From: Octopus sinensis
Lineage: Eukaryota
Direction of reading: 5' to 3'
Length of the DNA stretch: 64,000 nt
Assembly: GCF_006345805.1 (NCBI RefSeq)
Contig: NC_043000.1
Coordinates: forward strand, 31,930,001 to 31,994,000
Below, piece after piece: positions 37,461 through 50,699 of this stretch; position 1 is the stretch's first letter; each line of letters starts with the position of its first letter. A model generated the notes under the pieces. It saw only the letters and a program-made list of their open reading frames with translations, had not been told where the DNA came from and made no database searches. A program made the translations under genes and the position numbers.

Positions 37461-38836
37461 AACCACATGGTACCTCTCCATGCCATTATTTCTTGAGACC
37501 AAAGCAGACTCAAGCGCATCTTTCACAACTTCTTAAAGAACAGCATCCACAAGCACCCCCTTCACATATAATGCATTTATTGTCATTCCCATTGTCGTGG
37601 TGGGAAAAGAAAATATTTCAAAAATTATACAAATACGCTGGTGCCCCAGCATGACCACAGCTTTGAAGCTGAAACATTTTAAAGAATATTTATCAAACGA
37701 AACAAAATCATTACAAGATTAATTAACGAAATAGTTGAATGTATATCAGCTGTGGGGCCTTTCTTTTCAATTGGACATACAATGGGGTTTGTTCATCATT
37801 AATTTAAACCTGTTCATCACAATAATGTTCTGTTCGTCTGCTTTGAATTAATTAACTTGGAATGAATTAGCGAAATAGCTGAATATATCAGCACTGGGAC
37901 CTTCCCATTCAATTGGCCACAGAACAGGGTTAGTAATGCTAGCGTTTCATTTAAGCCTATTCATCATAATATTGTTTCGACTTGTCGTCTGCTACTATAA
38001 CCACGTCTAGCAGCTGGTACAATACTGCTATGGCGCGATTGCACTTCAACATGGCAGCCACGCATTTCAACGTGATCGTCTCAACGTCGCTGTGGGTCTT
38101 TCTGCTAAATATCAACATTGAAACGAAAGCTAATATTGCTAAATAGTACCTCATTATACCCTCTTCATTGATCCTATTCGCGTGGGCGGGATATATTATT
38201 CGATCTTCTAATAGATCTTCCTTCCTTCTCATTCACTTGTTCTCTGTGTGACTCTCTCTCTCTCCCCTCCCTTTCTCTCTCTCTCTCTCTCTCTCTCTTC
38301 CCTTTCGCCCTCTCTTACTCACTCATATTCTCTCATATACATATCTACACATTCATGTTCTCTCTTTCTCACATACACACATTCTCCCGCCCTTCCTTCC
38401 TTTCACTTTCTGTCTTCAGTGTTTTTATTTTTATTATATTCAATCTTTCCGTCGTCGAATAAAAGTCCCGTTTACTACAAAAAGAGAATAATCTTGAACT
38501 GTATAGAATCCATTTGGCGGAACTATCGATTTCTGAGTTTGTCAGAGTTATCAAAGTAGGTTTTGCTGCAATATCGACCGTTTTTTCTCAACTTCCTCGT
38601 AACCGACATATGTACTGGCCGCAGTACTATTTTCAGATCGAGCCAATTTCAGCCACTTAAGAACTGCAAAAATTTACATCAAAGATAAAAAATAAAAAAA
38701 TTATTTTTTTCTAAGTCTCTAAAGTGTCGATGGGATGGAATATAAAATAGATGATAATAAAGGATTAGTTTTGTTGATAAACAAAAACTAAGGAGAAGAA
38801 TGAATCTTTTCACCATTCTCCAGAAATCAGATAGAA

Positions 38837-38911
38837 TGACGTTAGTATTAGGTCAATATGATGACGCCTACGTCATCAAAGTTTCTTTACATAAATGCAA
38901 TGACGTAAACA
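38837..38911. promoter_or_regulatory. CRE/bZIP motif cluster
   Basis: TGACGT at 38837, GATGACG-ccta-CGTCATC at 38860-38877, TTACATAA at 38888, TGACGTAAACA at 38901, all in unique sequence. Confidence 0.35.
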
Positions 38912-39999
38912 AACTGGAAACCCGCCTATCTGCTGCCGCTGAAAAGTCAAACATTTGGAACGCCATGTTTTCTTGGTGATTTTATTGACAAATAATTTCC
39001 AGAAGAAAAGGGGTCGGTTTGAATCCATCGCTATTAGATGTGCTCCTTGAGAGAAGGCAGAGAATACTTCAATGATTTGTCTGAAACATATTAAACATAG
39101 TGTTGTTTGTGAGTTTGTAGTAGTTTATATATCATAACTGAGAAGAAATAGTTGGAAATATTTGACGTTTTGAGGTTATCTCTCCATCGGAGAGTGAAAA
39201 AATAAGTTTTTTCTTGTTTCAGTTGAAACAAATAAAAATATTTTCCCTCTCGAAAATTAGGAGACATCTTCATATTGAAACGTTTCTGTCCTCACCCATA
39301 GTTATAAACGTAATACAAACTCTAAGTTCACACTTTAATGCAAACCAATACGGATCATAACGGGTTTCCTCTGACACTGTTTATCGAAATACTTTAGCAT
39401 AGTTTAGTGTGCTTGTGTTTGCCAAGGGCAAAACGCCTGTGTGCACTGAGTTCTAATGAGAAGTAGATTGTGGGTAAATTTCAACAGTTGTCACTTGGGA
39501 TCGAGTAACCATGATCCAGGATAGACCGTCTGACCCACACTTAACCGAGTGACAAGTGATGGAAAAGAAGGCTTCACCAGAACTCGACATCTATTTTCTT
39601 TATTGACGCTGAGAAAATGAAAGACAAAATTGTCCTTGGCAGTATTCGAACTCAAAATACTATGAGCCAAAAACCCTAGCGCACTTTCTCCGAAGCTCCA
39701 ATGACTTGACCGTCTGTCATTTTATAGTAAATAGAAGCTGAGCTGTAATATTGATAAATATCAGAAAGTAAATTTAAAATATAAAACTGGTATAAAGATG
39801 AGAAAATACCTTGCGATAATTGTTGTGTCTCTTTACGATCTGAGTTTCCACCGAAGGGCCACACTGCCTCTCATTCTTCTAGGGGTCGGTAATATGAAAT
39901 ACCTTTTAGATCGATGGTATTCACTAATCCCCTCCCTTCCACACATTACGCCTAACCATTGTTGTTGTTATTGAAATCATCATCATCATCATCATTATT

Positions 40000-40760
40000 A
40001 TTCCACTTGTGCATGCGCTAGTGCATGTTAATCTCATTAACAGGTATTTTATCTTGAGGGTTGGTGACAAGTCTCCTCAAATCTCAAGAACTTCCCTTAG
40101 GATTATCTTAGAATATAGGATGGTACTTTCCTACCGGTCGACAATGCGAATTTTAAATTCCAGTCTCTTTCAGTCTTTTAGATGACAATTTGGAATTTGG
40201 TGCCAAGTGAACCAATTACTACAGGAATAATTTGTTGTCTTCATCTCCCACATTCTCCTCAGCTCTCTGTCTAGATCCGGGTGTTTCCCATTTTTTTCAA
40301 CTTCAATTTCCTTGGTCTGGAGTCTGTTATTAGAGGAAATTGCAAAATCTATGATCTTACACTGTTTCTTTTGTCCACTCTGATCATATTTGGTCTTCTA
40401 GCTTCAACGGTATGGTCAGTCTTTCATGGACAATCTCACAATATATTATAGAAAATTCTCATTTTCTATAACAGTGCCTGGTTCGTGTTCAAACCACTTT
40501 TCTGCCGTTTTGAAGCCACACGCTCGACTAACATCCCAATGCACTCACTCTTTTGCCTACACAGTTGCGTCGGCTCTTATCCTCAATTTGTGCCAGTATA
40601 TTGCACTCACTCAAATGATGATTTATACTTTCGCCTCCTTTTCTGAGGATTTTATATTTGCTGTCTGACTGAGTTTTGTCGACCTTTGCCATTTCCACAT
40701 TCGTTCTAAGGGGTTGTTCCTGAGCGGCTATAACTAGTGTTTCTGTTTATCGTTTCAAGT
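40000..40760 (-). mobile_element. Dong-type LINE 3' fragment, decayed
   Basis: Remnants of VEARRP..DKE..KIIDFAI, VIGSLG and a CCHC-like region. Confidence 0.7.
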
Positions 40761-40789
40761 TATTTTTAATATATTAAGAATATATTATT

Positions 40790-42400
40790 ATAACATGAAA
40801 GCTCTCAGCTTATTTTGCTTGGATTGATGGAAAGTGTCAGCTCTCTACAGCCAACAAACTAACGTAACACTTGTTTACTGGTTTTGCTTCAGGACTCCTT
40901 CGGAGAACTCTTGCAGTTCCAAGTAATAATGATTTTTCTAGGTGTTCTATCCTTACATTTGTACCAACCTTTTTGAGTTACGTTGGTAATTGAGTACTGA
41001 TACTTCCAGGCATGCCAACCACTACTGCTATCATGCTCACTTTCTTCACTGCCCACAGACTGCATATTTCCCAATTCAAATCGTCGTAGCTGTTCGCTTT
41101 TCCTTCTTTCTCTTTCAATTCAGTTATCAGGCTTCTTTAATCTTTTCTGTTCATCACAGCAATGTCGGATTTCCGATGTTTAATCTGACAGTAACACCGA
41201 ATCATTGCATCCCACAGGACTTTGCAATTCTCATTCTCAATAACTCTTTCTGCGATTTGGCCATACCACATTTATGATCTTCCTGGGCCATAATTTCCAC
41301 AGAGCTTCCAATGGATCATTCTTGCCTCTTTGTCATGTCATTTATAGTCATGTAATGCCAATTTCGATCATTCACTAACAATGTGTCCTATTGTTTCACT
41401 TCTCTCCCCACCACTCATTCTGCATTTGTCAATCTCAGTTTTACCAATTCAGCACTTCACATGTCCTCAATTCTTGTTCTTTGCAGTGAATATAAATGCT
41501 TCTCTTTCTATCTTCAAGTCATTCTTCCGAATCCATTATCGCTGACATTCTCTGCCTTTGGGCTCGTATCTCTTGCAATCTGACATTTTCTCTTTCAATG
41601 CCGTTTCTTTTTGCGTATTTTTTCCTCTTTAAATTTCTTAATACACTTATCACAATTTCTATCTAAACTGCTTTCTTCTGCTTCAATACAATCCTGATAA
41701 CTAATCGAACCTCTCCTACCCTTTCTTCTCGACAATTACAACCTATCAGTGTCACTCTGAGGATGAACTTCACCGTGCACTCTCACTATTTACTGTGTTT
41801 TCATATCCATGCTCATCACTTCATTCTTTTGCCAGTTTATGATTCTAGATCTATACATAAATGATGTTATCACCCATGTATTTACTGCTTGAATTTTATT
41901 CCATCCAGTCAATTTTGAGTGCAACACCAATCTTAGTCTTCGAAAATACTCTTTCTTCAGTTGTTCTGTCATTTTCTTCTCCATGATTTCATTGAACTCT
42001 AGTATGACAAAGTATTTATGGCCTTCCTTTTTAATTTGTTTAATCACTTCTCTATTAGGTAATTCTATCCCTGCCAGGGACTGTATTTTCCTTCTTTTCC
42101 GGTTCATTATACCATACTTCTTGAGTCCGAATTCCATTCTGATATCAGTACTAAAGCAGTGGACCGTGTTCACCAAAGAACTCACTTATGCCTCATCCTT
42201 GCCATACAGCTTGAAAACGTCCATGAAGAGGAAGTGGCTGGTTCTTTTTTTTTCCCTTGGGCTGATATTCTAGGTTCGTTTTCCTCATCACCAAGGTCAG
42301 GGGAGTCATACAAAGAACAAAAAGCAACGAAGATAAGCTACCTCCTTGAAAAATCCCTTTCTTGATGCCCAGAGTGCCCAAGCTTTCTCCGTAGGATGTC
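40790..42400 (-). mobile_element. Dong-type LINE 3' portion, decayed
   Basis: GIFQGGSLSSLLF, MEFGLKK, YFRRLRLVL, AVNTW; the 3' UTR matches 6083-6160. Confidence 0.85.
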
Positions 42401-42462
42401 AAACTCAGTTCTCCACCCCACCATACTTCTCTTAAGAAAACGTGTTATATTCCTTGCAATTC

Positions 42463-42540
<78 letters not shown>

Positions 42541-42544
<4 letters not shown>

Positions 42545-45500
42545 TAGTTTTATTTTTATAGCGTGCTTTCACTTCACTACCGAGCGCAGCTCTGTGTGCC
42601 TTGGGTATGTGCTGTGATTTGTTGTGATGTTCTGATGGTTATTGTATGGAAAGTGTTCTGCGTAGGATGTGTGCAGTGCCTAGTAGTGCAATTTTCTGTA
42701 TGTTATATGTGTTTGTAAGTCCTGGTGTTTTTGTTATGTATTTGTCTGAATATTTTTTATCATGCATAATGCACTTACTATGATAGGAATTGTTTCTGTT
42801 TTCAGGTTCCACATTCTAGTTACCTCTATATCCAGGTCTTTGTATTTTGAGAGTTTCTCCATTTCTTTTAGAGACACGTTGTCATCTGCCGGTATTGATA
42901 CATCAATTAGAAAGCATTTTTTTCTTCATGATCTCTGACAACTATATCTGGTCTTTTGGCCTTAATTTCTCTATCTGCGTGTATCGGCATATCCAGAGTA
43001 TGGTTGCTTTCTCGTTTTCTGTGACCTTTTCTGGTGTGTGCCTATACCATCTTTTTTCTTTGTTATTTCATATGTTGGCATAGCTTCCAATGTATGTAGG
43101 TTCCAACTCTGTCATGTCTGGAATATATTCCTTCTTAGCCAGGACTGGGCAGCCAGAGATAATATGATTTATTGTTTCTTGTCCATCTCCACATATTCTG
43201 CAGTTACTTGTAATATTCTTTTCATTATATGTTTTTGGTAATTTCTGGTGGGGAGGCTTTGGTCTTGTGCTGCAATTAAAATCCCTCTGTCTCTGCTTTG
43301 AGTCCTGAGCTTCTCAACCATTGCTGGGATTTTTCTTTGTCTATTTCTTTTGCGTTTAGTTTAGTGCAGTATTTACCATGAAGGGGCTTTTCTTGCCATC
43401 GTTTTATCATGGCTCGTTGCTGTTCTATTTTTAGTTTGGATTTCATTTGTTTTATACTTTTGTTGTTTCTTCTCATCTTTCTTCTTCTTCTTTGTGTTTA
43501 TTAGGTGGTATGATTTCTTGTTTGTATTTGTCAGCTTCCTTAATACTGAGAACAGTTTTTTTTGTTTTGCTCGTGTTTTGCTGCTATCTGGATCAGTTTT
43601 CCTTCCTTCTGAAGTAGGTATTTTTGCGCAGTCCTATGGTGGTTATTTTATAGTAGTTTTCCAGCTGTATAAGGCCTCTACCACCTTCTATACGTTGTAT
43701 ATATAGTCTTTCTATGTCAGATTTTGGGTGATGCATCCTAGATCCTGTCAGTATTTTTCTTGTTTTCCTATCTATTTTGGACAGTTTCATTTCGTATCCA
43801 GTTAAGGATATTGTAGCTGTAACTTATAACTGGGACAGCTAAAGTGTTGATACCTATTATCTTGTTTTTAGCATTGAGCTCTGTTTTTAGTATTGATCTA
43901 ACTCGTCTATAATATTCTTTTTTTATTTTCTTTCATTTGTGTGTGTTGTGTCTTATCTAGTTCATGGATTCCTAAGTATTTGTAAGTTTGGCTTTGGTTT
44001 AATTCTTTTATTTCATTGGTTTTATCTAGTGTGATGTTGTTACTCTTAACTAGTTTTCCTCTTTTCAGGGTTACTTTGGCGCATTTTTCTAATCCAAATT
44101 TCATATCTATTTCTTTGGTAAATCCATGAACTGTCTTTAATAGTGTTTCCAGCTGTTTGTCATTTGCAGCGTATAGTTTTAGGTCATCCATATATAAAAG
44201 GTGGCTGATCGTTTTGCCGTAACATTTATATCCGCATCCAGTTCTATTTAGCATATCAGATAGAGGTGACAGTGCCAAGCAGAAAAGGAGTGGAGAGAGC
44301 GTGTCTCCCTGGAATATTCCTCTTCTAATGGGGATGTCTTTGGTTTTCATGAGTCCCTCTTTTGTTTGGAGGTGTAGGACTGTTTGCCATTTATTCATAG
44401 AGTGCTCTATGAATTTTATGATTGTTGGTGCTACTTTGTTAATGGCTAGTGTTTCGAGGATCCATGTGTGGGGGATGCTATCAAACGTCTTTTTGTAGTC
44501 AATCCAGGCCATACTGAGGCCTTTCTTCTTTCTGTGGCTGTCTTCAATTATGGCTTTATTAATCATTAGTTGATCTTTACAGCCATATGAGCCCTTGCGG
44601 CATCCTTTCTGCTCTTCTGGGAACAGTTTGTTTTCGTCCAGGTGCTTGTTCAGCCTTTGCGATATCACTGCAGTAAATGCCTTGAACATAGTAGGGAGGC
44701 AGGTTATTGGTCTGTAGTTTTCTGGTTTTGTTGTTTCATTTGATTTGGGAATTAAGATGGTTTTTCCCCTTCGTGAGCCATTCAGGCATTGTCTCTGGCT
44801 CTGCTAGTATGCTGTTAAAGTTTTCAGCCAGCTTTTTGTGCATTCCTGTTAGATATTTCAACAAGAAGTTGGGGATCTTGTCATGCCCGAGTGCCTTCCA
44901 GTTGCTTAGTTTTTGCAGTGCCTGGTGACCTCTTCAGTTGTTATGGGGGTCAAAGTTGTTCAGATGCCGAGTTTGTTATTTTCATACTCCTTTTTTTTGG
45001 CTGTTCGTTCGCCGACCATATTTCTTTCCAGAATTCTTCCAATTCTTCTGCCGTTGGTGCTGCAGTAACTTCTATTTTATTTTTGCCCAGTTCTTGGTAG
45101 AACTTTTTGGGGTCGGAGTTGAACTTTTTGTTCTGTTCAAAGAAGCGTTGGCGTTTCTCGTACCGGCGGATTCTTTGAGCTTTGGCAAGGATATCTTGCT
45201 TCAGCTTTTCTTTTATCTCCGGCAAATCTTTTTCTGTGATGTTATATTTGCGGAGCATTTTTGTTCTCTTTTTGTTGCTCAGTAGCGTTGCTTGTTGCTG
45301 ATTTCATTAAGAATCGACAGGTCTTTTCTAATTTTTTTTATTTTGTTTTGGATGTTATTTATCCACAGGGTTTGTTTGGGTGGTGGTACTCCTGTTTGGG
45401 CGGGTTTGGGTGAGTATCCAGCTTCTTTTGTGGCTGCAGTGGCTGCTGCGTATATCAAGTCATTTAGTTCAGTGATATCACTTTTTTTTGTTTCAGTGGC

Positions 45501-46498
45501 TAGTTCAGTGACGGCTAGGTTTATGTTGTTTATAATTGGTGTTGTTATTGCGTTTATTTTTATTCTTAGGAGGTATGGTCGGTGGTCCATTTTGGGCTCT
45601 GTGGTTTTCATTTCTTTGATTATTTTATTTTTTATATTATCATAATCATTAGGCTCCCCTTCGTTGTTTACATCGTGTTTGTTGGGAATGTTGCTTTTGT
45701 CTTCGTGTTTTACAGTTTCAGTGTTTATATTATTGGGCATTGTTGTGTGGCTTCTATCTACATTTTCCTGGTGTATTTTTTCTTTTAATGTTCTATTTCT
45801 ATTTCTGATATTTTTTGGCTTTGAGAAGTATCTTCGTACGTTAGCTAATTTATTAGGGTTCATTGCTGTATCCAAGTCTATATCTCTATTATTTCCTTCC
45901 ATATTTATATGTATGTGTTGTTGTATTTTCATTTTGTGGGTAGAGCATTGCTGTGAAGTATGCGTGTAAGATAGAATGTATTCCTCACGTGTCCATTTAC
46001 GTCTTTTGGGTTTTAATTGCGGGACATGAGGTACAACGTCCGGCCCATTATTTTGACGGTCGTCATTTTCGTAGGGTACCGGTCCGTTTATTTCTGTTGT
46101 CACATATTTCGCACGTGTAGTTTTTCGTACATTTTTTGTTGTAGGTTTAATGTACGTACCGCTCGATTGTTATTCTTGGTTGTTGAATAGTATCGGTGGC
46201 ATTTAATTTCTTCGTTTCCTGTACATGGTGTTTGAGGTCGGGGATGATCGTGTTGTTCCACGCATGTTTACATGTGTGTGTTAGAGGTGGAGATAATATC
46301 GAGTCAAAATACATCATTTCGTTTCGAAAATAGTAATAAAATTTCAATTAGTATTACTTACTCGGATATAGTCCAATTCTTTGTTAGTAAATCTTTGGCT
46401 CCATAGGGTGTCCTTTGTTTCGATGTTTGTGGATAGATTTCGGAGCTCTGTATTTTCCTTCTTACACCTTAAACGTCCCCGGTGTCTTCTTCTTCTTC

Positions 46499-46500
<2 letters not shown>
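42541..46500 (-). mobile_element. Full-length Dong/R4-type LINE (~4 kb) between (TTA)n arrays
   Basis: RRKWTREEY N-terminus; RT 43907-44689 (EQKGC, WIDYKKTFDS, GIFQGDTLSPLLF, YMDDLKL); HHPKSD..GGRGL; RLE end. Several frameshifts. Confidence 0.93.
43907..44689 (-). pseudogene. Reverse transcriptase domain fragment of Dong LINE
   Basis: 260-aa ORF with the YMDD motif; flanking ORF pieces are in other frames. Confidence 0.9.
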
Positions 46501-46572
<72 letters not shown>

Positions 46573-46573
<1 letters not shown>

Positions 46574-47128
46574 GAGGGAGAGAGCAGTGCATGCCATCAA
46601 AATGACACTGAGGTAAAATATACGAAGCCCAATATACCCATCATGACTACCCGTCTGATAAGGGTACACCAGGCACATGCATCACAACCATATGTGCGCG
46701 ACATGGTGATCTCATATCAAGATAAACAGCACATGACCTTGCAGGTGGGGCCCAGTTAGAATTTTCTTCAGGTTGAGTAGAGTAGCCCCCGCTCAAAAGG
46801 TCCCTGAATAAGGGTTGTTTAAGGATGTTGAAAGAACCACCCATGTTTCCAGAGTTGAATTATTCAAACCCAAAGAATCCCTCTCAACACATGGCTATGA
46901 TGCTCCCCCACTACTTCTGCTCGTGATCAGAGATGCACATATCGTCAGCCACTAAGGGATATGCTCAACTGGTTAAGGTCAAACAACTGACAAGCAAATC
47001 TGTGGTATTGAGCAGAATATTTGCTGTAGCCCATCTTTTATATCAAGACAAAACAATGGACATGATAACACTTCCAATCAGTTAAGATCAGAAGCCATGA
47101 GAGCCACTGCCTGGTACTGCATCAGGGC

Positions 47129-47130
<2 letters not shown>
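46573..47130 (-). mobile_element. Non-coding element E (~560 bp), longest copy, (TTA)n on both sides
   Basis: No credible ORF; copies at 15675-15995 and 47783-47900 share the same 3' end. Confidence 0.85.
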
Positions 47131-47174
<44 letters not shown>

Positions 47175-47225
47175 ATTATTATTATTATTATTATTATTAC
47201 TATTATTATTATTATTATATTATTA

Positions 47226-47692
47226 TTCCTTCTTTCTTCAAATTTTCTCGTTTCTCGCCGTGTGTTTTCCATACACCTAGGGCAGAGAAGCTCATTGTAT
47301 GCATTCCCAGATTACACACGCAAATTCACAGGTAAAATATGTATTTAAAAAATTAATGAATAAATAAATTCATGAATGGATGTTGTTTTCACAGCGATAA
47401 TGCTCTTCTCAGTACATGAGCCGTTCCAGTTAACACGATTGTTTGCACTTCCTGTAGGAATGGTAAGCCACCTTTTTTTTTATCATTCCTAGAGATCCTA
47501 CAATCACTAGTACTGTAGTCGCCTTGAGATGCCACAATTTTTCAATTTCTATTAGCAAGTCTTTATATTTACTAATCTTGTCAAATTCTTTCGCCACTAT
47601 ATTGTGACCGCAAGGAATACTCATGTCAATTAATAAACAAATCCTCTTTGTCTGATCTTTTATGATAATATCCGGTTTATTAGCTTTTATTC
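47226..47692 (-). mobile_element. Dong LINE 3' fragment, same subfamily as 53467
   Basis: KANKPDIIIKDQTKR..IDMSIP..KISKYKDL; 3' UTR near-identical to 53467-53640; (TTA)n on both sides. Confidence 0.9.
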
Positions 47693-47699
47693 ATTATTA

Positions 47700-47782
<83 letters not shown>

Positions 47783-47783
<1 letters not shown>

Positions 47784-47900
47784 GTGTGAGAGAGCAATGC
47801 ATGCCATCAAAGTGACACTGGGGTAAAATATAGGGTACCCAATATACCCACCATGACTACTCGTCTGATAAGGGTACACCAGGCGCGTGCATCACAACTG
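47783..47900 (-). mobile_element. Element E, 3' ~115 bp only
   Basis: Matches 46573-46690. Confidence 0.85.
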
Positions 47901-49560
47901 ACGTTCAGCTTGAGCGTTTGTAGGTTAACATTTGCTGAAAAAGCAAGAGACTGATGATAAAAGGTAGGGCGAAAGATTTAGAGTTTGTTTCGTGGCTGAT
48001 GTATAAATAACAAAGGTGTTTAGCATTCGTCTTTTTAGGATGGGAATAACGTATTATAGTAACAGTAAATTAGACAAAGCACAACGTCACAACTGGTGTT
48101 ACAATTTTTAAATACAGCTTCGGAGAAGGCAGACGATTATGCAGCAGCTGGCGGATGCAGCTTTTGGTGAGCGAATCAACCAAATGAGTCCTTTGTAAAT
48201 GCTGTCTAAAATAATCTAACCTTTTGAAGAATTCTCTGATTTTGATCTAGCATATATATTGTATTGCGTGAGAAATTGTTTCGCGGTGAAGTAGTTCCTG
48301 GCTGTTTGTATTGTTATCTTTATTATAAGCAGTAAATATTGTTGAGTTTAAATTGGTTTGTTGTTCATGACTTAAGGCATGTATTTTCATCACTTCTGGC
48401 TGGGATGTGGTGCCGCTAAGTGAGACAATGATCTTATGGATTTATTGAAGAATGTTTTCAAAGTCTGAGTTCATGACAGAAGTGCGTGTATGTTTAGCTA
48501 GCGTGTGAATGACGCTCGCGTTTGAAAGATTATCAAAGAGCTAGAAGTGGTATCGTCTGCTCTGGTGTGTGTGTGTGTGTGTGGTTATGAATGACAATGA
48601 CCGTGTGGTTAATATAGAGAAGGAAATAATTGTACACTAGAATATATATACTTGTTGATATAACGTGGGCACGGTTGGTCTATAAAAGAGCAATGTGACT
48701 GGAAGATTACACTTCCACAGATGGGGTGGGGACTCTTTGTAGGTAATTCTTCTCATGTCAAACAGTTTTCAAACCAACAACATTGGTGTCTAGGGATAGC
48801 AGTAAATTTGCCCCTAAGGAAACAGTTCTGGCGCGAAATATACTATAAAATGGTAACAAATCCAGTCATTGACTGTCCCCATAATTCCAGGTGCTGGACA
48901 TGAGAGAAACACTTTGGTAGCTAGCAGCATCTGTGGGGTTATCTTTTTTTGACGTAGGATACACCGCCATGTGTTTCTACAGTTTCAAGTTTGAATAAAT
49001 GCAGAGAGGAATATTTGCGAGTTTAGCAAGGATAGGAAAGGAGAAGAGGGTGTGAAATGCCAGGAATAGGGATTGATTATCTTACTGGCCAGGAGTCATT
49101 CTGAAATCAGTGACTGTGTGGACATGTTTCTAACATTGCTGATTTTGACAGGTTACTTCAAGTGGGATGTCTCGCATGTACAGAGATGAGCGCATGTATC
49201 AAATTTGAAGGGTTTATGAGCAGGGACCTTTATACAGATTTCTTTTTATTTGGGAGTGTTGGATAACAGTATGAATTCTCTAGTCAAAGGGCTTATAGCC
49301 AAAATGCAATTTGAAATGAGGAAAAAAATTGCAGGTTGCGGAGAAGTACGGAAGCAAATTTTATATTCCTGATGTCAAGTTGTAAGAATAGCAGTGACAA
49401 ATAAACAGTTCTCACTCAAAGAGGGAATATTCGCTCCGGGGGCTTTTGGAAGTGTTATTTATTTACAATAAGAGTATAGCTAAGTGTAAAATACACAGGG
49501 ATTTGTGGGTTTTGAAAGTGGTTGCATGAAGGATGGAAAGAATTATTGAGAAAAATTACT
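47900..49560 (-). mobile_element. Possible highly decayed Penelope-like RT/GIY-YIG remnant
   Basis: Weak minus-strand remnants only: YLQRV..CGSV..SHIA..PRYIN and LIYC...YISHETN. Confidence 0.3.
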
Positions 49561-49789
49561 ACGAGATTGATGAGCTCTCAATCTCAGAGACTAGCGCTTC
49601 ATGCAGAACTTAGAGATACTTCATCTCTGAATATTTACTGGTTCCCCACAAAGCTCAGTTAAGACCTACGGTCCCAGAATGCTTCAACATTTGAGGCGGT
49701 ATTGCTATCACTACTACACACAGCCATTGTGGACCAAATACAAAAGAAAGACACACGATTGATGTGTGAAAACTCCGTAAGCAACATAC

Positions 49790-49995
49790 TTTAATTAGAA
49801 AAAAAGAGAAAGAAGAAACGCACTCAACACCAGAGCTGAAGACACCTCCGAAAGGGAGTCCCATCACGTCGAAAACGGTAGGGGCCGAAACCGGACGTGG
49901 TTCCTCCTGATGATGTCTTTAGCCACTGGTGCCTATAAAGGAGCTGTTGAGAAAGCGAACCACGAAACGTGGTTGGAATTCCTCCAAGATATTCC
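49790..49995 (+). mobile_element. pLTR-like repeat, homolog of 35243-35430
   Basis: Shared caacaccagagctgaagacacctc..ggggccgaaaccggacgtg..cctcctgatgatgtc..aaggagctgtt..accacgaaac. Confidence 0.65.
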
Positions 49996-50699
49996 GTATC
50001 TCCATCCTGCCTTTTGAACTACTACTGCTACAACTACAGCCTCTACTCCTTGCAGTTTGCTAGTTGCACAATACCTTCATCCTCACCCCCCCTCTCCTAT
50101 TATCTACCATAATGTGTCTCCTATTATCCAGCCCCGCCCTAACCACTATACACGATTCTCCCTTCCCAACCCCATACGTAGACATACAATTGGTTAGAAA
50201 TGAACTTAACCATATCGATCAGGGGCACCTTTGAATGTTACTACAGTTGCCCTCCTGTCCTCACTAAACCATTAAATATTGTAACGACGTAGAAGGTTCC
50301 AGTCACTGACTTATCTAATTCGGATAGGTTATTCTCAAATACAAGGCGTTGACAGGGGTTACTAGAGTAGAACTATCGTTTTTCTCATCAGATGCAGCCA
50401 GCCGTTGATGAGTGATGTTTGTATCGACATCAAGATCGCTGGTCCATGTACAAAATTAACCGTTTAATGCCTTTCTTTTCCCTCTATTAAGACACTCTGA
50501 TATTCCATTTCATTTGGTTTGTGTTTTGATTTATTTTGCTTTCACAGTAAATTTTGTTTTACCCAGTTGCACTTCAATTTCGCTAATGTTTTAATACTTT
50601 TACATATTTCTTTGCTTCTTCTGACACTGATCACAATTTATTGGTACTTTCATATTTCAACTACTTTGCCAGCCGGGAAATTCGATCGGCAGAAGTTCC

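Noticed and set aside
37960-37995. CAGACGA..GTCGAAAC motif on the minus strand
   Set aside because: Stem III and the cleavage triplet cannot be formed.
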